Source: a virus
Lineage: Duplodnaviria > Caudoviricetes
Reading direction: 5' to 3' (one strand)
DNA length: 63,617 bases
IMG/VR virus record: IMGVR_UViG_3300031576_000041
Location: 1 to 63,617 of that record
In this document: piece after piece, positions 31,431 to 40,416 of the stretch
Layout of the letters: every line of letters starts with the position of its first letter
How positions within the stretch are numbered: the stretch's first letter is position 1
Position numbers and translations under genes: made by a program
Notes under the pieces: model-generated
Database searches by the model: none
What the model was told of the DNA's origin: nothing
Seen by the model: the letters and a program-made list of their open reading frames with translations, nothing else

Positions 31431-32099
31431 CTATTGGCCGACTCCCAGTGCCACTCGGGTTGCTCCGAGAATCCTGACCCGATCAGCCGCCGTCATCCCC
31501 TGTTTGATCTCGTCGAGGGATGCCTTACCGCCCACTGCCGGCTTCCCGCCAGGCCCCGCCCCGGCCCCGCGCTGCTCTTTCGGGGCCAGCAGGTTTGGCA
31601 TGGCGGCCAATTGCTCATCCACGAACTTCTCCAAAGGCAGGCCGCCGGCCACAAGTTCGCCAGACTCGGTGCGGCTGATTTCCGCTGTGACGCCACGCAC
31701 GAAGCTCGCGCGAGATGCGTCGTTGGCGAAAGCGTACTTCCCAACGGCGGTCAGCAGCGCCGACTGCCGTTCCGTCAGGTCCGCCTTTTCCTCAGCCTTT
31801 TTCCTGGCCTCGGATTCGGAATTCACGCGCCCTTCGAGCGTCTTGGTCAGCTTGGTCAGGTCGGCGATCTGTGCGTTCAATTGCGGATCGCCCTTGTCTT
31901 TGTCCTTGTCGGCATCCGGCTTCGGCTTCAGGGCCTCAACGGCACTCACGATCCCCGTGATCTGCTCCGTAACACCCTTCAGTGCTGTCGGCAGGTCGGT
32001 CTTGAGAAACCCGGCCTTGAAATCCGCGATCCCCCTTGCGACGGCCGCCGTCACATCTTCCAGGTTCAGCGGCTTTGGTTCGGCGTTCGGTTCTGGCAT
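31431..32099 (-). CDS. Capsid scaffolding protein
   Basis: Charged coiled-coil with GAGAG tail, between portal and capsid. Confidence 0.7.
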   Translation of the reverse strand: MPEPNAEPKPLNLEDVTAAVARGIADFKAGFLKTDLPTALKGVTEQITGIVSAVEALKPKPDADKDKDKGDPQLNAQIADLTKLTKTLEGRVNSESEARKKAEEKADLTERQSALLTAVGKYAFANDASRASFVRGVTAEISRTESGELVAGGLPLEKFVDEQLAAMPNLLAPKEQRGAGAGPGGKPAVGGKASLDEIKQGMTAADRVRILGATRVALGVGQ

Positions 32100-32321
32100 T
32101 TGCCTTTTGTCCTCTCCGTGTCCACCCGTGGCTTTTTCGGGCGGCGGGTTCGTGGTGGCCAACCCCCGCCGCCCTCGGGCCACGGATTACTTTCAGCGTA
32201 ACATGGCCTCCAAGCGTTTTTCGTGCAACAGCCATGCAAGCGAGGGGCGCAGGAATCGCCATTTGGCGCTAACCCCATGCGCTGCAACGACTTGCCGCCA
32301 CGCTGAAAATCTTGAGCAAGC

Positions 32322-33845
32322 CTACTCACCGCCGAATCCACCGGCCGCGGCTCCGCCCATCGCGTTTTCCATTTCCTTGAGTCGCTCCTCTTTCTCCGCT
32401 GCATCGCGATCACTTTTGGGCGGGGCCGATTCCAGTTCCTTCATGACCTTGTCTCGCACGCTCTGCTCAACGTCTCCGAGGGCGGCTGTCGCCACGCGCT
32501 TCGCAAGAATCAGATCGAGCGTGTCACTTGGAAGTGCCAGACGTCGGACTGCTTCCGTATCCAGAACCTCCTTCTCTGTATCAGCCTCATCGAAGCTGAA
32601 CCCGCGAACCGTAATGGGTTCGGCATCGTCAGCTTTGCCAAGAAGCCCGCCGCGCGCCGTCAGAACGTCGCGGAGCACGCTCTTCATCCCGGCTCGCACG
32701 CGATCACCGAAGTCGTTCAAGACGTCGTGCGCCGGCATCATGTCCAGTTCCTTCGAATACCCGGACTGCATCGCTGGCGTGGCAGCGGCGCTCCGGCCCT
32801 GGGCCTGCAAGTATGCCTGGCGGTAGGCCTCTTCACGGAGAGAGTCCAACCGCTGCGCGGAGCGCTCGAAGGAGACCCCTCCCGGCTCCGCATACGAGAC
32901 GCTCGAACCCTTCCCAAGTTTGAAGTACCCCAACTCGCTCAACGTCACATTGGTGATTTCGTCATCCGTGATGATCACCGGCATCGCCAGATTTGCGACG
33001 AAGAGCGCCCACTTGTAGGTGTTATCGGTGTTGATGTGGTCGATCAACTGCAGATGGGTCCGGTTTCCAATCCACAGCGTGTCCGCGATGCTGAGGCGGC
33101 AAATCGGGACGCGCTTTGCGGCCGCCAGCGCGTGGATTCCTGAATCCAACAGCACGGCCTCGTCCTTCTTTTCCCGCTCGCCAACCTTGGTTCTGCGCTC
33201 GTAGACGGCGAACTCCTGGGTGCTGAAGTAATTCCATCGTTCGATGCAGACAGCAACATCCGCCAGGAATCCCTGCTCAATGTGCTCTGTCGCAATGACG
33301 GCCCACTCCAGGTTCCCCCAGGGGTCCATCTTCCAGTTGATGATGTTCAGTGGGGCGTAGGCGACCAAGTATGGGTCGAGCAATCCGGCCGCGACCTGCT
33401 CGGCGTAATTTTCCGGCGTGGACACACGGGCAGGAAGGTCGAGAAGCACGTAGGCGTTCTGATAGAGCAGCATGTAGCGGAACACGCGCCGGAAGAGGTC
33501 AACGAAGGTCGTACCCTGGCGGTCGCAGTTCTCAAGGAAGCCCTTCAGGAAGGCATCCTCGGCGGGGAGGTCGATTTCGGGGTCACGTCGAAACAGCGCG
33601 CTCTCGTACCAGCCCGCGATGGTGCCGAGGATGTTCTGGTAGGTAAACATCTGGAGCCTGGCCTCATAGACCTCGTTCGGCTCCTTCGGCCGCCTTATCA
33701 GAAACAGCCCGGCCTTGGATTTCAGGTGAGCGCCCCCCTCGCATAGCAGACTCACCGTCTCCCACGTGCCAGCATTGGAGGTCCAATCGGGGTGCTTTGC
33801 GTCAAGCACGCTGGCTTTAACCGTAGATGGAAATGGTTGCGCCAC
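32322..33845 (-). CDS. Portal protein
   Basis: HPDW...L.RRPKE...YEARL...Y.N; PY.V.Y...IINW; 507 aa. Confidence 0.85.
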   Translation of the reverse strand: MAQPFPSTVKASVLDAKHPDWTSNAGTWETVSLLCEGGAHLKSKAGLFLIRRPKEPNEVYEARLQMFTYQNILGTIAGWYESALFRRDPEIDLPAEDAFLKGFLENCDRQGTTFVDLFRRVFRYMLLYQNAYVLLDLPARVSTPENYAEQVAAGLLDPYLVAYAPLNIINWKMDPWGNLEWAVIATEHIEQGFLADVAVCIERWNYFSTQEFAVYERRTKVGEREKKDEAVLLDSGIHALAAAKRVPICRLSIADTLWIGNRTHLQLIDHINTDNTYKWALFVANLAMPVIITDDEITNVTLSELGYFKLGKGSSVSYAEPGGVSFERSAQRLDSLREEAYRQAYLQAQGRSAAATPAMQSGYSKELDMMPAHDVLNDFGDRVRAGMKSVLRDVLTARGGLLGKADDAEPITVRGFSFDEADTEKEVLDTEAVRRLALPSDTLDLILAKRVATAALGDVEQSVRDKVMKELESAPPKSDRDAAEKEERLKEMENAMGGAAAGGFGGE

Positions 33846-33889
33846 GCCTTACTCCATGTGTTCCCTGTGCGCGGTGTCTCCAGAGGAAG

Positions 33890-33966
33890 TGGTGGACCGG
33901 GTGGGGATCGAACCCACGACCTCCTGAATGCAAATCAGGCGCTCTCCCAGCTGAGCTACCTGGCCC
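33890..33966 (-). tRNA. tRNA-Ala(UGC) with one bulged A in the acceptor stem
   Basis: G3:U70 pair, CCTGA-TTTGCAT-TCAGG, GTTCGATC, encoded CCA. Confidence 0.88.
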
Positions 33967-33969
33967 ATC

Positions 33970-34299
33970 CTACTTCGTCCAGTAGGCGACCATCACATCT
34001 TCGTTCGCTACGTTCGCGTCAACCCAATACTCGGAAAGCTGGAGGCCATTCGCGCCAGACAGGTCCTCGACCCAGAACTCGTCTGCGATGGCTCCGCTGA
34101 CCCCGGTTGTCCAGAGTTCCTTCAGGACACCCGCTCCCGTGGTCTTGTTGAATCCGCTCAACCCGACGAACGTCCGCCCCGTCTGGCCGATAACGGCAGC
34201 AAAGCGGATGCGCTGCGCTCGGATCGTCGCATCGGTCGTCACCTGGACCGGAGTTCCCGGAGTGACGACGTTGACCTGCCCAAGTGAGAATGCTTGCAT
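33970..34299 (-). CDS. Small beta-rich putative virion protein
   Basis: V.TPGTPVQ...L.EYWVDA. Confidence 0.6.
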   Translation of the reverse strand: MQAFSLGQVNVVTPGTPVQVTTDATIRAQRIRFAAVIGQTGRTFVGLSGFNKTTGAGVLKELWTTGVSGAIADEFWVEDLSGANGLQLSEYWVDANVANEDVMVAYWTK

Positions 34300-34385
34300 T
34301 TGTTTTTTTCAAAAACCTCCATTATCGATGGAGGCCAGCCCCCGTCTGATTACCAGTCTATCACGGAGGGCCAAGCTTAAAAACA

Positions 34386-34826
34386 CTAATTTGCGGAAAG
34401 CGTTCCTGTGTGGGGGGCTGTTCGTCGCCCCGGCAGGCGGCCGGCGGCAGGTATTCGACCCGGCAGTGGTGTGCGAGAGACTCCCCCGTTGTGAAACCAG
34501 TGCATGCTTTCCTCGATGTACCGTCCAAGCAACATGCTCAGCAGGCCCTCGACACGCTCCGCTTCCTCGATTGTGAACGGGTAGCTTTTCCCGCCGCACT
34601 TCATCCTGGGAACCTCGAAGGTGATTGAGCAGGACATCAGTTTCTTGCCAGCCAGGGGAGGGGCCTGGCGCAAAACCTCATGGACATCCCACCTCAAAAG
34701 CCCCCCGTTAAGGTCATAGCGGATGTTCTTGGCAATCTCCAGGCCAGGAATGGCTTGGCCGAAAAGTTGGCCGGCAGCCAGCATACCGGTTACCAACAGA
34801 GAAAAACGAAAAGCAAAACGGAACAT
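34386..34826 (-). CDS. Exported hypothetical protein
   Basis: Signal-like N-terminus, GAGGGG RBS. Confidence 0.55.
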   Translation of the reverse strand: MFRFAFRFSLLVTGMLAAGQLFGQAIPGLEIAKNIRYDLNGGLLRWDVHEVLRQAPPLAGKKLMSCSITFEVPRMKCGGKSYPFTIEEAERVEGLLSMLLGRYIEESMHWFHNGGVSRTPLPGRIPAAGRLPGRRTAPHTGTLSAN

Positions 34827-34829
34827 CGG

Positions 34830-35021
34830 TCACCCCCTCGGGTCGTCCGCTGGCCAAACCTGCCGCCGGCGCGTGAACATCTCCTTCAGGATAGCATCGC
34901 GGTCTCTGCGCCGCAAGACCCTGGAGCGCCAATGAGCCACGAGGATAAAAACCAGCGGCACGAACCCCAAAAGCACGTACCACGGAACTAACGAAAAAAC
35001 TGTCATCCCCATATCATGCAC
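34830..35021 (-). CDS. Small membrane protein (start uncertain)
   Basis: One TM segment followed by a basic tail. Confidence 0.4.
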   Translation of the reverse strand: MHDMGMTVFSLVPWYVLLGFVPLVFILVAHWRSRVLRRRDRDAILKEMFTRRRQVWPADDPRG

Positions 35022-35022
35022 C

Positions 35023-35099
35023 TGGAGGCCCCCGATGGATTCGGAACCACCGAATGGCCGATTACGAGTCGGCTGCTGTTACCACTGAGCCAGGGGGCC
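35023..35099 (-). tRNA. Atypical tRNA with CGU (Thr) anticodon and Ile2/Met-like body
   Basis: GGCCCCC/GGGGGCC acceptor, GCCGA-CTCGTAA-TCGGC, 8-nt T-loop TTCCGAAT, CCA. Confidence 0.78.
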
Positions 35100-35108
35100 C
35101 CTGAACTG

Positions 35109-35117
35109 ATTCTAGCA
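35109..35117 (-). promoter_or_regulatory. Extended -10 (TGcTAGAAT) upstream of the tRNA
   Basis: 9 nt upstream of the tRNA 5' end, inside a CCTGAAC/GTTCAGG inverted repeat. Confidence 0.45.
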
Positions 35118-35142
35118 TCGTTCAGGTTTGCGTCAGATTGCG

Positions 35143-35439
35143 TCAAATACCCTTCAGGACGGCGGCCATACGACCGGACCTTGTTGGTCGCCTATCCTTG
35201 GTGTCGATGAGCAATCCAATGGCTTTCAATTCTGCGATCCGTGCGCCCGCCGTCTGGTGGAGTATTCCTAGCTCAACCTCGACCTCGTCGCACGTCGATG
35301 GCCTCCGTCTGCAGACCTCAAGGATCGCCGACGACATGGCTTTCTTGCGGTTAATGATCGAGGCATGTGCTGCAGCGGATTCCGGGTTGCCTTTGTGCCG
35401 GCGCGCGCAGATATCGAACATCAAGTCCAGTTGGCTCAT
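35143..35439 (-). CDS. Winged-HTH protein
   Basis: TCDEVEVELGILHQTAGARIAELK..GL. Confidence 0.7.
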   Translation of the reverse strand: MSQLDLMFDICARRHKGNPESAAAHASIINRKKAMSSAILEVCRRRPSTCDEVEVELGILHQTAGARIAELKAIGLLIDTKDRRPTRSGRMAAVLKGI

Positions 35440-35624
35440 TGCGGCGGCACAAATCTCTTCACGACAGAATCGGCTCCGGCCCCCGTCTCGGAATAATGGG
35501 TTGGGCGTCTGTGCTCAAGCCTGGACGGGCATCTCCTGTAAGGGCACCTTGGCCTGCCAAGCGTTATGAGCAGGACGCGACCGCATTCCCCGCATCGAGG
35601 CGTGTTTGGGTTATGGGTCATCAA
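35436..35624 (-). CDS. Small Zn-ribbon-like protein
   Basis: CGEC...CPYRRC; coupled to its neighbours. Confidence 0.45.
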   Translation of the reverse strand: MMTHNPNTPRCGECGRVLLITLGRPRCPYRRCPSRLEHRRPTHYSETGAGADSVVKRFVPPQ

Positions 35625-35820
35625 GAAAAAGGTTGTTCTCCATGGCGTACTGCCGCAGGGAGCGGTGGGCGGCCGTCAGAATGGTGAACGCCTCGCCTTC
35701 TGCCTCAATAACGGCCCTCATCATCGATGGGGCCAGGACCCTATGCATCAGGGAGTTCACTTCCTGATACAGGGACAGGGCCTCGCGGACCTCGCCGAGC
35801 ACGGTTGCTGAAATGGTCAT
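35611..35820 (-). CDS. Hypothetical protein
   Basis: GGAGG RBS. Confidence 0.55.
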   Translation of the reverse strand: MTISATVLGEVREALSLYQEVNSLMHRVLAPSMMRAVIEAEGEAFTILTAAHRSLRQYAMENNLFLDDP

Positions 35821-35841
35821 AGCCCTCCGAGAAAGCGATTG

Positions 35842-36144
35842 CTAAACAGGGGGAGGTTGCGGCTGCCTGCGCTTCTTCAGGCGGCCGCTCATCACCTCGA
35901 CCAAGAGGTCGCGGATCATGTTGCGGCTCCGGCAGATGACTTCCGCGTTCGCCTCATCCTCCTGGTGTTCTGCGTCGCTGTTGTCGATCAATCCGAACGT
36001 CGCGGCAAAAAGTTCTCCGCTCCCGTTCTTGAGGTTCCGACAGCCTCCAGGCGCGTCGTCACCGGGTGGTTCGATGGACCACGGCCCTCGCGACGCCACG
36101 CGCAGGAACTTCTGAAGCTCCCGGATTTCTTTTATCTTGATCAT
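35842..36144 (-). CDS. Ead/Ea22-like hypothetical protein
   Basis: ASRGPW...ANAEVICRSRN..RDLL. Confidence 0.55.
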   Translation of the reverse strand: MIKIKEIRELQKFLRVASRGPWSIEPPGDDAPGGCRNLKNGSGELFAATFGLIDNSDAEHQEDEANAEVICRSRNMIRDLLVEVMSGRLKKRRQPQPPPV

Positions 36145-36179
36145 GCGGCCCTTTTTGCCTCTCTGCGCTTTCCCTCCAG

Positions 36180-37091
36180 CTATTCCGGCGCGAACTGCTT
36201 CTCCAGTAACTTTGCCTTGTACCATTCCGGCAGACCGCGTATGATCCCTCGCCGGATTTGCGGCCAGGCCCAAGACCACAGAACATGGCGAATTTCGTCG
36301 CCGCACTCGCGTTCCACGTCCTCTGGAACCTCCAGAATAAGCGCGCCGATGTCGCGCGGACTGTTTTCCAGCGTGCCGCTTTCGAGTAGGTGCTGAACCG
36401 CCTTCGCCCACCGCGTTTCTGCCCTGTACTGCGAGCAGATGCGTTCCAGGATATCCCCGCTTTGCGGGTTGGCCTGTTTCCACTGGTGCGCGTGGACCTC
36501 CCTGTATGCCGGCGAGACGTATTTGCCCATGAGGCACTTCTTGTCCCGACCAAAAAGACCGTACCCCGCTGGCTTGATCACGACGCCTTCGATCTTCTGG
36601 CCTCCAAGGATGCTGGTGGTCTCCAGGAGGGCGACGAACTGCTCTGTCCCCGCAACCACCCCCTCGAAGAGGAGGGGCACAACCTCAAGCCCGAGGCGGC
36701 CGGCTTCTTTGGATTTTTCGTGGACGGATAGGTAGGACTCCAGTCCAGTAGAAACATCGAAAAGGATCAGATTCTTTTCAGGAACTCGCCCGTAGGCCAA
36801 GGCGTTGTGGTGTGGTTTCGACAGGAACTCAGCCCGGTACGTCCAGTCCGGTTTCAGCAGGGGAGCCAGGCCCTTGGCCGTCTGGACCGCCTTGGCGAAC
36901 ATCTTCTCTGGAGCGCCCAACTGGATTTCCTTGCCCTTCGAACGGACGCGGAGTTCTCCGTCGTCGTCCACTCCAAACGCGAATTGGGAGCCGTCGATTT
37001 TCTCCTCGACAATCACTGGACCGCTGAAAAGTTCCGCGACAGCCGCGTGACCGAGGTTGTAAATCGACGGGTAGCTGGTCCAGCTTTCCAA
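36180..37091 (-). CDS. RNA ligase (nucleotidyltransferase superfamily)
   Basis: YPSI, EEKIDGSQ (motif I), LFDV, EGVVIK, KYV. Confidence 0.85.
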   Translation of the reverse strand: MESWTSYPSIYNLGHAAVAELFSGPVIVEEKIDGSQFAFGVDDDGELRVRSKGKEIQLGAPEKMFAKAVQTAKGLAPLLKPDWTYRAEFLSKPHHNALAYGRVPEKNLILFDVSTGLESYLSVHEKSKEAGRLGLEVVPLLFEGVVAGTEQFVALLETTSILGGQKIEGVVIKPAGYGLFGRDKKCLMGKYVSPAYREVHAHQWKQANPQSGDILERICSQYRAETRWAKAVQHLLESGTLENSPRDIGALILEVPEDVERECGDEIRHVLWSWAWPQIRRGIIRGLPEWYKAKLLEKQFAPE

Positions 37092-37096
37092 GACTT

Positions 37097-37615
37097 TTAC
37101 TTTACCCTCCAGCCAGTGTTATCGTCACAAACCGAGAAATTCTGTTTAGGTTTGGTTGCGCTCTGCCAGACTGAGCTACGTGCGATCAGGTCCCGTAGAG
37201 GTGTGTCGAGAGGAATGCCTGTCCGCCCGGCCACGTTGATGGCGTACCGCCGTGGGTCGTTTGCGTCCGCGGCCGGCGCGTAGCGCTCGAACATCTCTGC
37301 CAGGTTTGGGCTGCGGCTCTGATGGTAGTGGCCGTCAATGTACTTCCCAACCAGTACGGCGAGGACCCGCCAGCCCTCAACCAAGCCGGCCCCCACGTTG
37401 CCCTTCGCCCAGGCGCGGAAGTCCACCTTGCCATCTGCCTTCGGATACGGCGCGCCCTTGTTCTTCCACTGGATTATGTTTCCAGGGTTGCAGTTGCGCT
37501 GCGCCAGGGTCGGGAACGCGATCCCCCTGCTACGTGCCTGCTCCAACGTGACGTAGAATCCTTCCTCGTGCCCGATGGCGTCCGTGATCAGCGAGACCAG
37601 CAGTCCTCGTGTCAT
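37097..37615 (-). CDS. Putative lysozyme-like endolysin
   Basis: AI..EEG...RNCNPGNI...RYAP..D.NDP..YA. Confidence 0.65.
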   Translation of the reverse strand: MTRGLLVSLITDAIGHEEGFYVTLEQARSRGIAFPTLAQRNCNPGNIIQWKNKGAPYPKADGKVDFRAWAKGNVGAGLVEGWRVLAVLVGKYIDGHYHQSRSPNLAEMFERYAPAADANDPRRYAINVAGRTGIPLDTPLRDLIARSSVWQSATKPKQNFSVCDDNTGWRVK

Positions 37616-37749
37616 CACTTCATTATACCAATGGCTTTCAGTGGGGGCCGGCGGGGTCGAAGATGAGAGCGATGCCCAACGAAAAGAATCGACCTGGGCA
37701 GGCCGGCGCTTCGGCCTCCTCCGCGTCATCGCTCCCTGGGGATATTGCC

Positions 37750-37799
37750 GCCGGTCTGCGCCGAAGCCCCTGGCCCGCCTCGCTCTTTCGCTGCGTCCG
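37750..37799. repeat. 50-bp perfect inverted repeat, left arm
   Basis: Reverse complement of 39172-39221, 50/50 match. Confidence 0.95.
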
Positions 37800-38063
37800 C
37801 GAGCGAGTCCCCCGAGGGGCCGTTGCAGGGGGCTAATCGATGGGTGTTTTGTGATCATCCGTCTAACGGTCGGGGCGCACCTTGACGATATCATTGTTTG
37901 AATGGGAAAGGGCGTGATGGGAAAGACCTGGTGGGGCGAATGACCCAAGCGATGGGAAAGAAAAACGGGCAAGATCATTGACCTCTAACCCGGTGCCAAC
38001 GCGCCGGTAGCGCCTTCCTGCGTGGCCACATGGGGAGGGCACAGCGGACCCGGAGGTGAAACC

Positions 38064-38270
38064 ATGAGCGGCTACTACCCGGACGGTTGCACGCAGGCGG
38101 ACTTCGACCGGGCGATGGAAGGGCTGGACGACCCCGACGAACAGAAAGCAGAGGCGCGCGAGGAGCGCAACTGGACGGAATCTTTTCAGGAGAATCCTGA
38201 GGGCATGACGCTGGAGGAATTCGAAAATGCAATTGACGGACGCGATTTCCCGGAAGTCTTTCTAGTATGA
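38064..38270 (+). CDS. Acidic hypothetical protein
   Basis: GGAGGT RBS; YPDGCT..D.DRA. Confidence 0.6.
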   Translation: MSGYYPDGCTQADFDRAMEGLDDPDEQKAEAREERNWTESFQENPEGMTLEEFENAIDGRDFPEVFLV

Positions 38271-38512
38271 CGCGCGTGGTCAACGGCCAGCTTGAGGAGT
38301 TCGACGTTTACATCGGCAGGCCCTCACCATATGCCAGGTTTAGCGTGGCGAGCCGTGACGAGGCGGTCGCGCGATTCCGCGAGTGGTTCTTGTCTCAGCC
38401 CAATCTCGTCGCACGCGCCCGGCGAGAACTCAAAGGCAAGACGCTCGGATGTTGGTGTAAGCCAGCCGCATGTCACGGGGACGTGATCGCGGAGGTCGTG
38501 GATGCTTCCTGA
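38267..38512 (+). CDS. DUF4326-like protein
   Basis: VYIGRPS...ELKGKTLGCWCKP..CHGDV. Confidence 0.85.
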   Translation: MTRVVNGQLEEFDVYIGRPSPYARFSVASRDEAVARFREWFLSQPNLVARARRELKGKTLGCWCKPAACHGDVIAEVVDAS

Positions 38513-38720
38513 AACGACCAAGGCCGAAGCGCTGAAAGGTCGCATGTACGAGCGCGCCGTCCTGGAACGCTCCGCGCTCCCGCTGTGCTGGTTCGACGCC
38601 GCCGGATACCGCGTAGAGCTTTTCATCTTCTCGGATGGTTCGGTTGCGGCATGGCAGGCTAGCAAGAAAGATCAGGGGCTTGGCACCGTGGTGGGAGCAG
38701 GAAAGGATTTCACATCATGA
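38502..38720 (+). CDS. Hypothetical protein
   Basis: Overlaps the DUF4326 gene; GGAGG upstream. Confidence 0.5.
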   Translation: MLPETTKAEALKGRMYERAVLERSALPLCWFDAAGYRVELFIFSDGSVAAWQASKKDQGLGTVVGAGKDFTS

Positions 38721-38767
38721 CCATTTCAAGCAACCGTAAGTCCTTGATTCTACGGTAAATATAAGCC

Positions 38768-38796
38768 TTGACATGCGGCCCCATTGAAGCTAAACT
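38768..38796 (+). promoter_or_regulatory. Sigma70-type promoter
   Basis: TTGACA-17-TAAACT; shares TAAGCCTTGACA with 46982. Confidence 0.65.
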
Positions 38797-38833
38797 GTAT
38801 CTGTAAGCCGCTACCAGCGGCAGGAGACGGAAA

Positions 38834-39088
38834 ATGGAAATCACCAGCGGAGTATACAGCCACGGCGCCTACGGGTATTCCAGCGACCCACCCGGCACCA
38901 CCATGGCTCTCTACCATTGTGGCGTCCACATTTACAAGCGCCGGCTCTACGATCACAACCCGGTGGGCTACGTCGGAGATCACAGCAGCCCGTGCATGCA
39001 CCCCACGCGCAAGTACGCTCGCGCCTGCCCCAACCGTGCCGCATGGCTTACGGTCGGCGATGGTGCGACAGCCCCCTCCGGCTCGTAA
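38834..39088 (+). CDS. Hypothetical protein
   Basis: AGGAG RBS downstream of the promoter. Confidence 0.55.
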   Translation: MEITSGVYSHGAYGYSSDPPGTTMALYHCGVHIYKRRLYDHNPVGYVGDHSSPCMHPTRKYARACPNRAAWLTVGDGATAPSGS

Positions 39089-39171
39089 TCGGCCACCTCC
39101 GCCGTGCGCCACTCCGCGCAAGCGGAGCGTCCGGCGTGGTCGTCGGGGCCGCTACGTAACGCGGCAATATC

Positions 39172-39221
39172 CGGACGCAGCGAAAGAGCGAGGCGGGCCA
39201 GGGGCTTCGGCGCAGACCGGC
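39172..39221. repeat. 50-bp perfect inverted repeat, right arm
   Basis: Reverse complement of 37750-37799. Confidence 0.95.
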
Positions 39222-39242
39222 CGCCTGGAAAAAACAGGACCG

Positions 39243-39506
39243 TTACTTGTCCAGAAGGTTGCACAGCCTGTTCAGGGCCGTCGTGTTCTCCTGTACGATA
39301 GATCGGAAACTAGTTGCAACCTCCCGTAGGCCGTCCTCGCTGCGCTTCCGGTCCATGCGGTAGAAATAGAAGATGATCCCCGCAAGCGCGCCGCCCACCC
39401 CCAACGAAGAAAACCACCGAAGCGACGGCTCCAGATCGTGAGCGAGAAGAAACAGGGCCATGGGCGGCCACAACGTGAACAGGAGCAAATAGGTCTTGGC
39501 GATCAT
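39243..39506 (-). CDS. Holin-like membrane protein
   Basis: Two TM segments then a helical tail IVQENTTALNRL. Confidence 0.55.
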   Translation of the reverse strand: MIAKTYLLLFTLWPPMALFLLAHDLEPSLRWFSSLGVGGALAGIIFYFYRMDRKRSEDGLREVATSFRSIVQENTTALNRLCNLLDK

Positions 39507-40030
39507 TTGATGGGCCTGCCTTTCATGGGGGGATTGAGGTACGTCCCGAGTGGGTAGACACCATAGGGCTTGGTTTCCGCGAAGGCCTGGCCGAGTACCT
39601 GCTTGATCCGGTAGGCCACATAAAAATATCTGTCACGGTTGACGCCTGTTACGATACAGGTCCTCCCCCGCTCCTCTCCTAGAATCCACCGCCGCCGGAA
39701 GAAAGCAAACTGCTGGCTCGTCAGGTTCCGGCGCGCGATCAGCGTGACGTCCGAGATGTAATCGATCTTGCGGAACGTCCCGGTCGTCCGGTGCAAACTG
39801 AACTCCAGTTGTTCGACGAACCGAGCATAGGCTTCCATGCACGAGTCGAAGATTTTGCGGTAGGCACAATGGCAGATTCTCCGTTCAACTATGCCGGTCC
39901 CATAACACCTACCGCAGTCCTTGTCTGCCATGTACTGCCGAGGCAGAAGGCGAGACTCGCTCGACGGTTCGTCTTTCGATTCTTCTTCCTCTTCGTGGAT
40001 CAGTCCGGCAAGTACAGCAGCAGCAGCCAT
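39503..40030 (-). CDS. Putative late transcription regulator (Zn finger plus sigma-4-like helices)
   Basis: CGRCYGTG...CHC; L...Q...F....ILG...RIKQ.LG; GGAGGT RBS. Confidence 0.5.
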   Translation of the reverse strand: MAAAAVLAGLIHEEEEESKDEPSSESRLLPRQYMADKDCGRCYGTGIVERRICHCAYRKIFDSCMEAYARFVEQLEFSLHRTTGTFRKIDYISDVTLIARRNLTSQQFAFFRRRWILGEERGRTCIVTGVNRDRYFYVAYRIKQVLGQAFAETKPYGVYPLGTYLNPPMKGRPIK

Positions 40031-40171
40031 GTGACCTCCGCCGGTGACAACCACTGTCGTTCCCATGGTTGTAATGTTTTTGCTACCCCTCTCCCCCAAG
40101 GGTAGCACGACGGTAGTGTCTGAAAGGTGCGTTGGGCCGTCCTCAGTATTATCACGCGCACCGGGGAAAGG

Positions 40172-40249
40172 TTGCGCCAGTGGTGCAAGCGGCTCACCAG
40201 GTTGACCTACGCCTTCTCGAAAAAGTGGGATAATCTAAAGGCAGCTGCA
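40172..40249 (+). mobile_element. Short IS1-family transposase C-terminal remnant
   Basis: LRQWCKRLTRLTYAFSKKWDNLKAA resembles the R..R.T..FSKK..N motif. Confidence 0.6.
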
Positions 40250-40284
40250 AGGCCACGTCCTTTGCGTCTACGCGCAACGGATGC

Positions 40285-40320
40285 GCCCCGGCAGGAGCGT
40301 CAACTTCTGCCGGGGCTTTT
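40285..40320 (+). terminator. Intrinsic terminator-like hairpin
   Basis: GCCCCGGCAG/CTGCCGGGGC followed by TTTT. Confidence 0.6.
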
Positions 40321-40338
40321 GTCTTTTCAACCACGGTA

Positions 40339-40411
40339 CTAGTATACGTGAGCGGTCACGTAATGTCAACAAGAATCTCTTGACTTTTTCGTAACCGCTC
40401 ACGTATACTAG
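40339..40411. promoter_or_regulatory. Back-to-back sigma70 promoters within a 22-bp inverted repeat
   Basis: + strand TTGACT-18-TATACT (40380-40409); - strand TTGACA-17-TATACT (40369-40341); arms match 21/22. Confidence 0.75.
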
Positions 40412-40416
40412 GAGCC

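Noticed and set aside
31120-32826. Long antisense ORFs (e.g. 31120+, 7674-, 8867-, 71-, 42966+, 48573-, 50945-)
   Set aside because: Shadow frames of well-supported genes in GC-rich DNA
40341-40369. Self-target of array block 2
   Set aside because: Only 13/20 gapped matches by eye, largely explained by the promoter consensus
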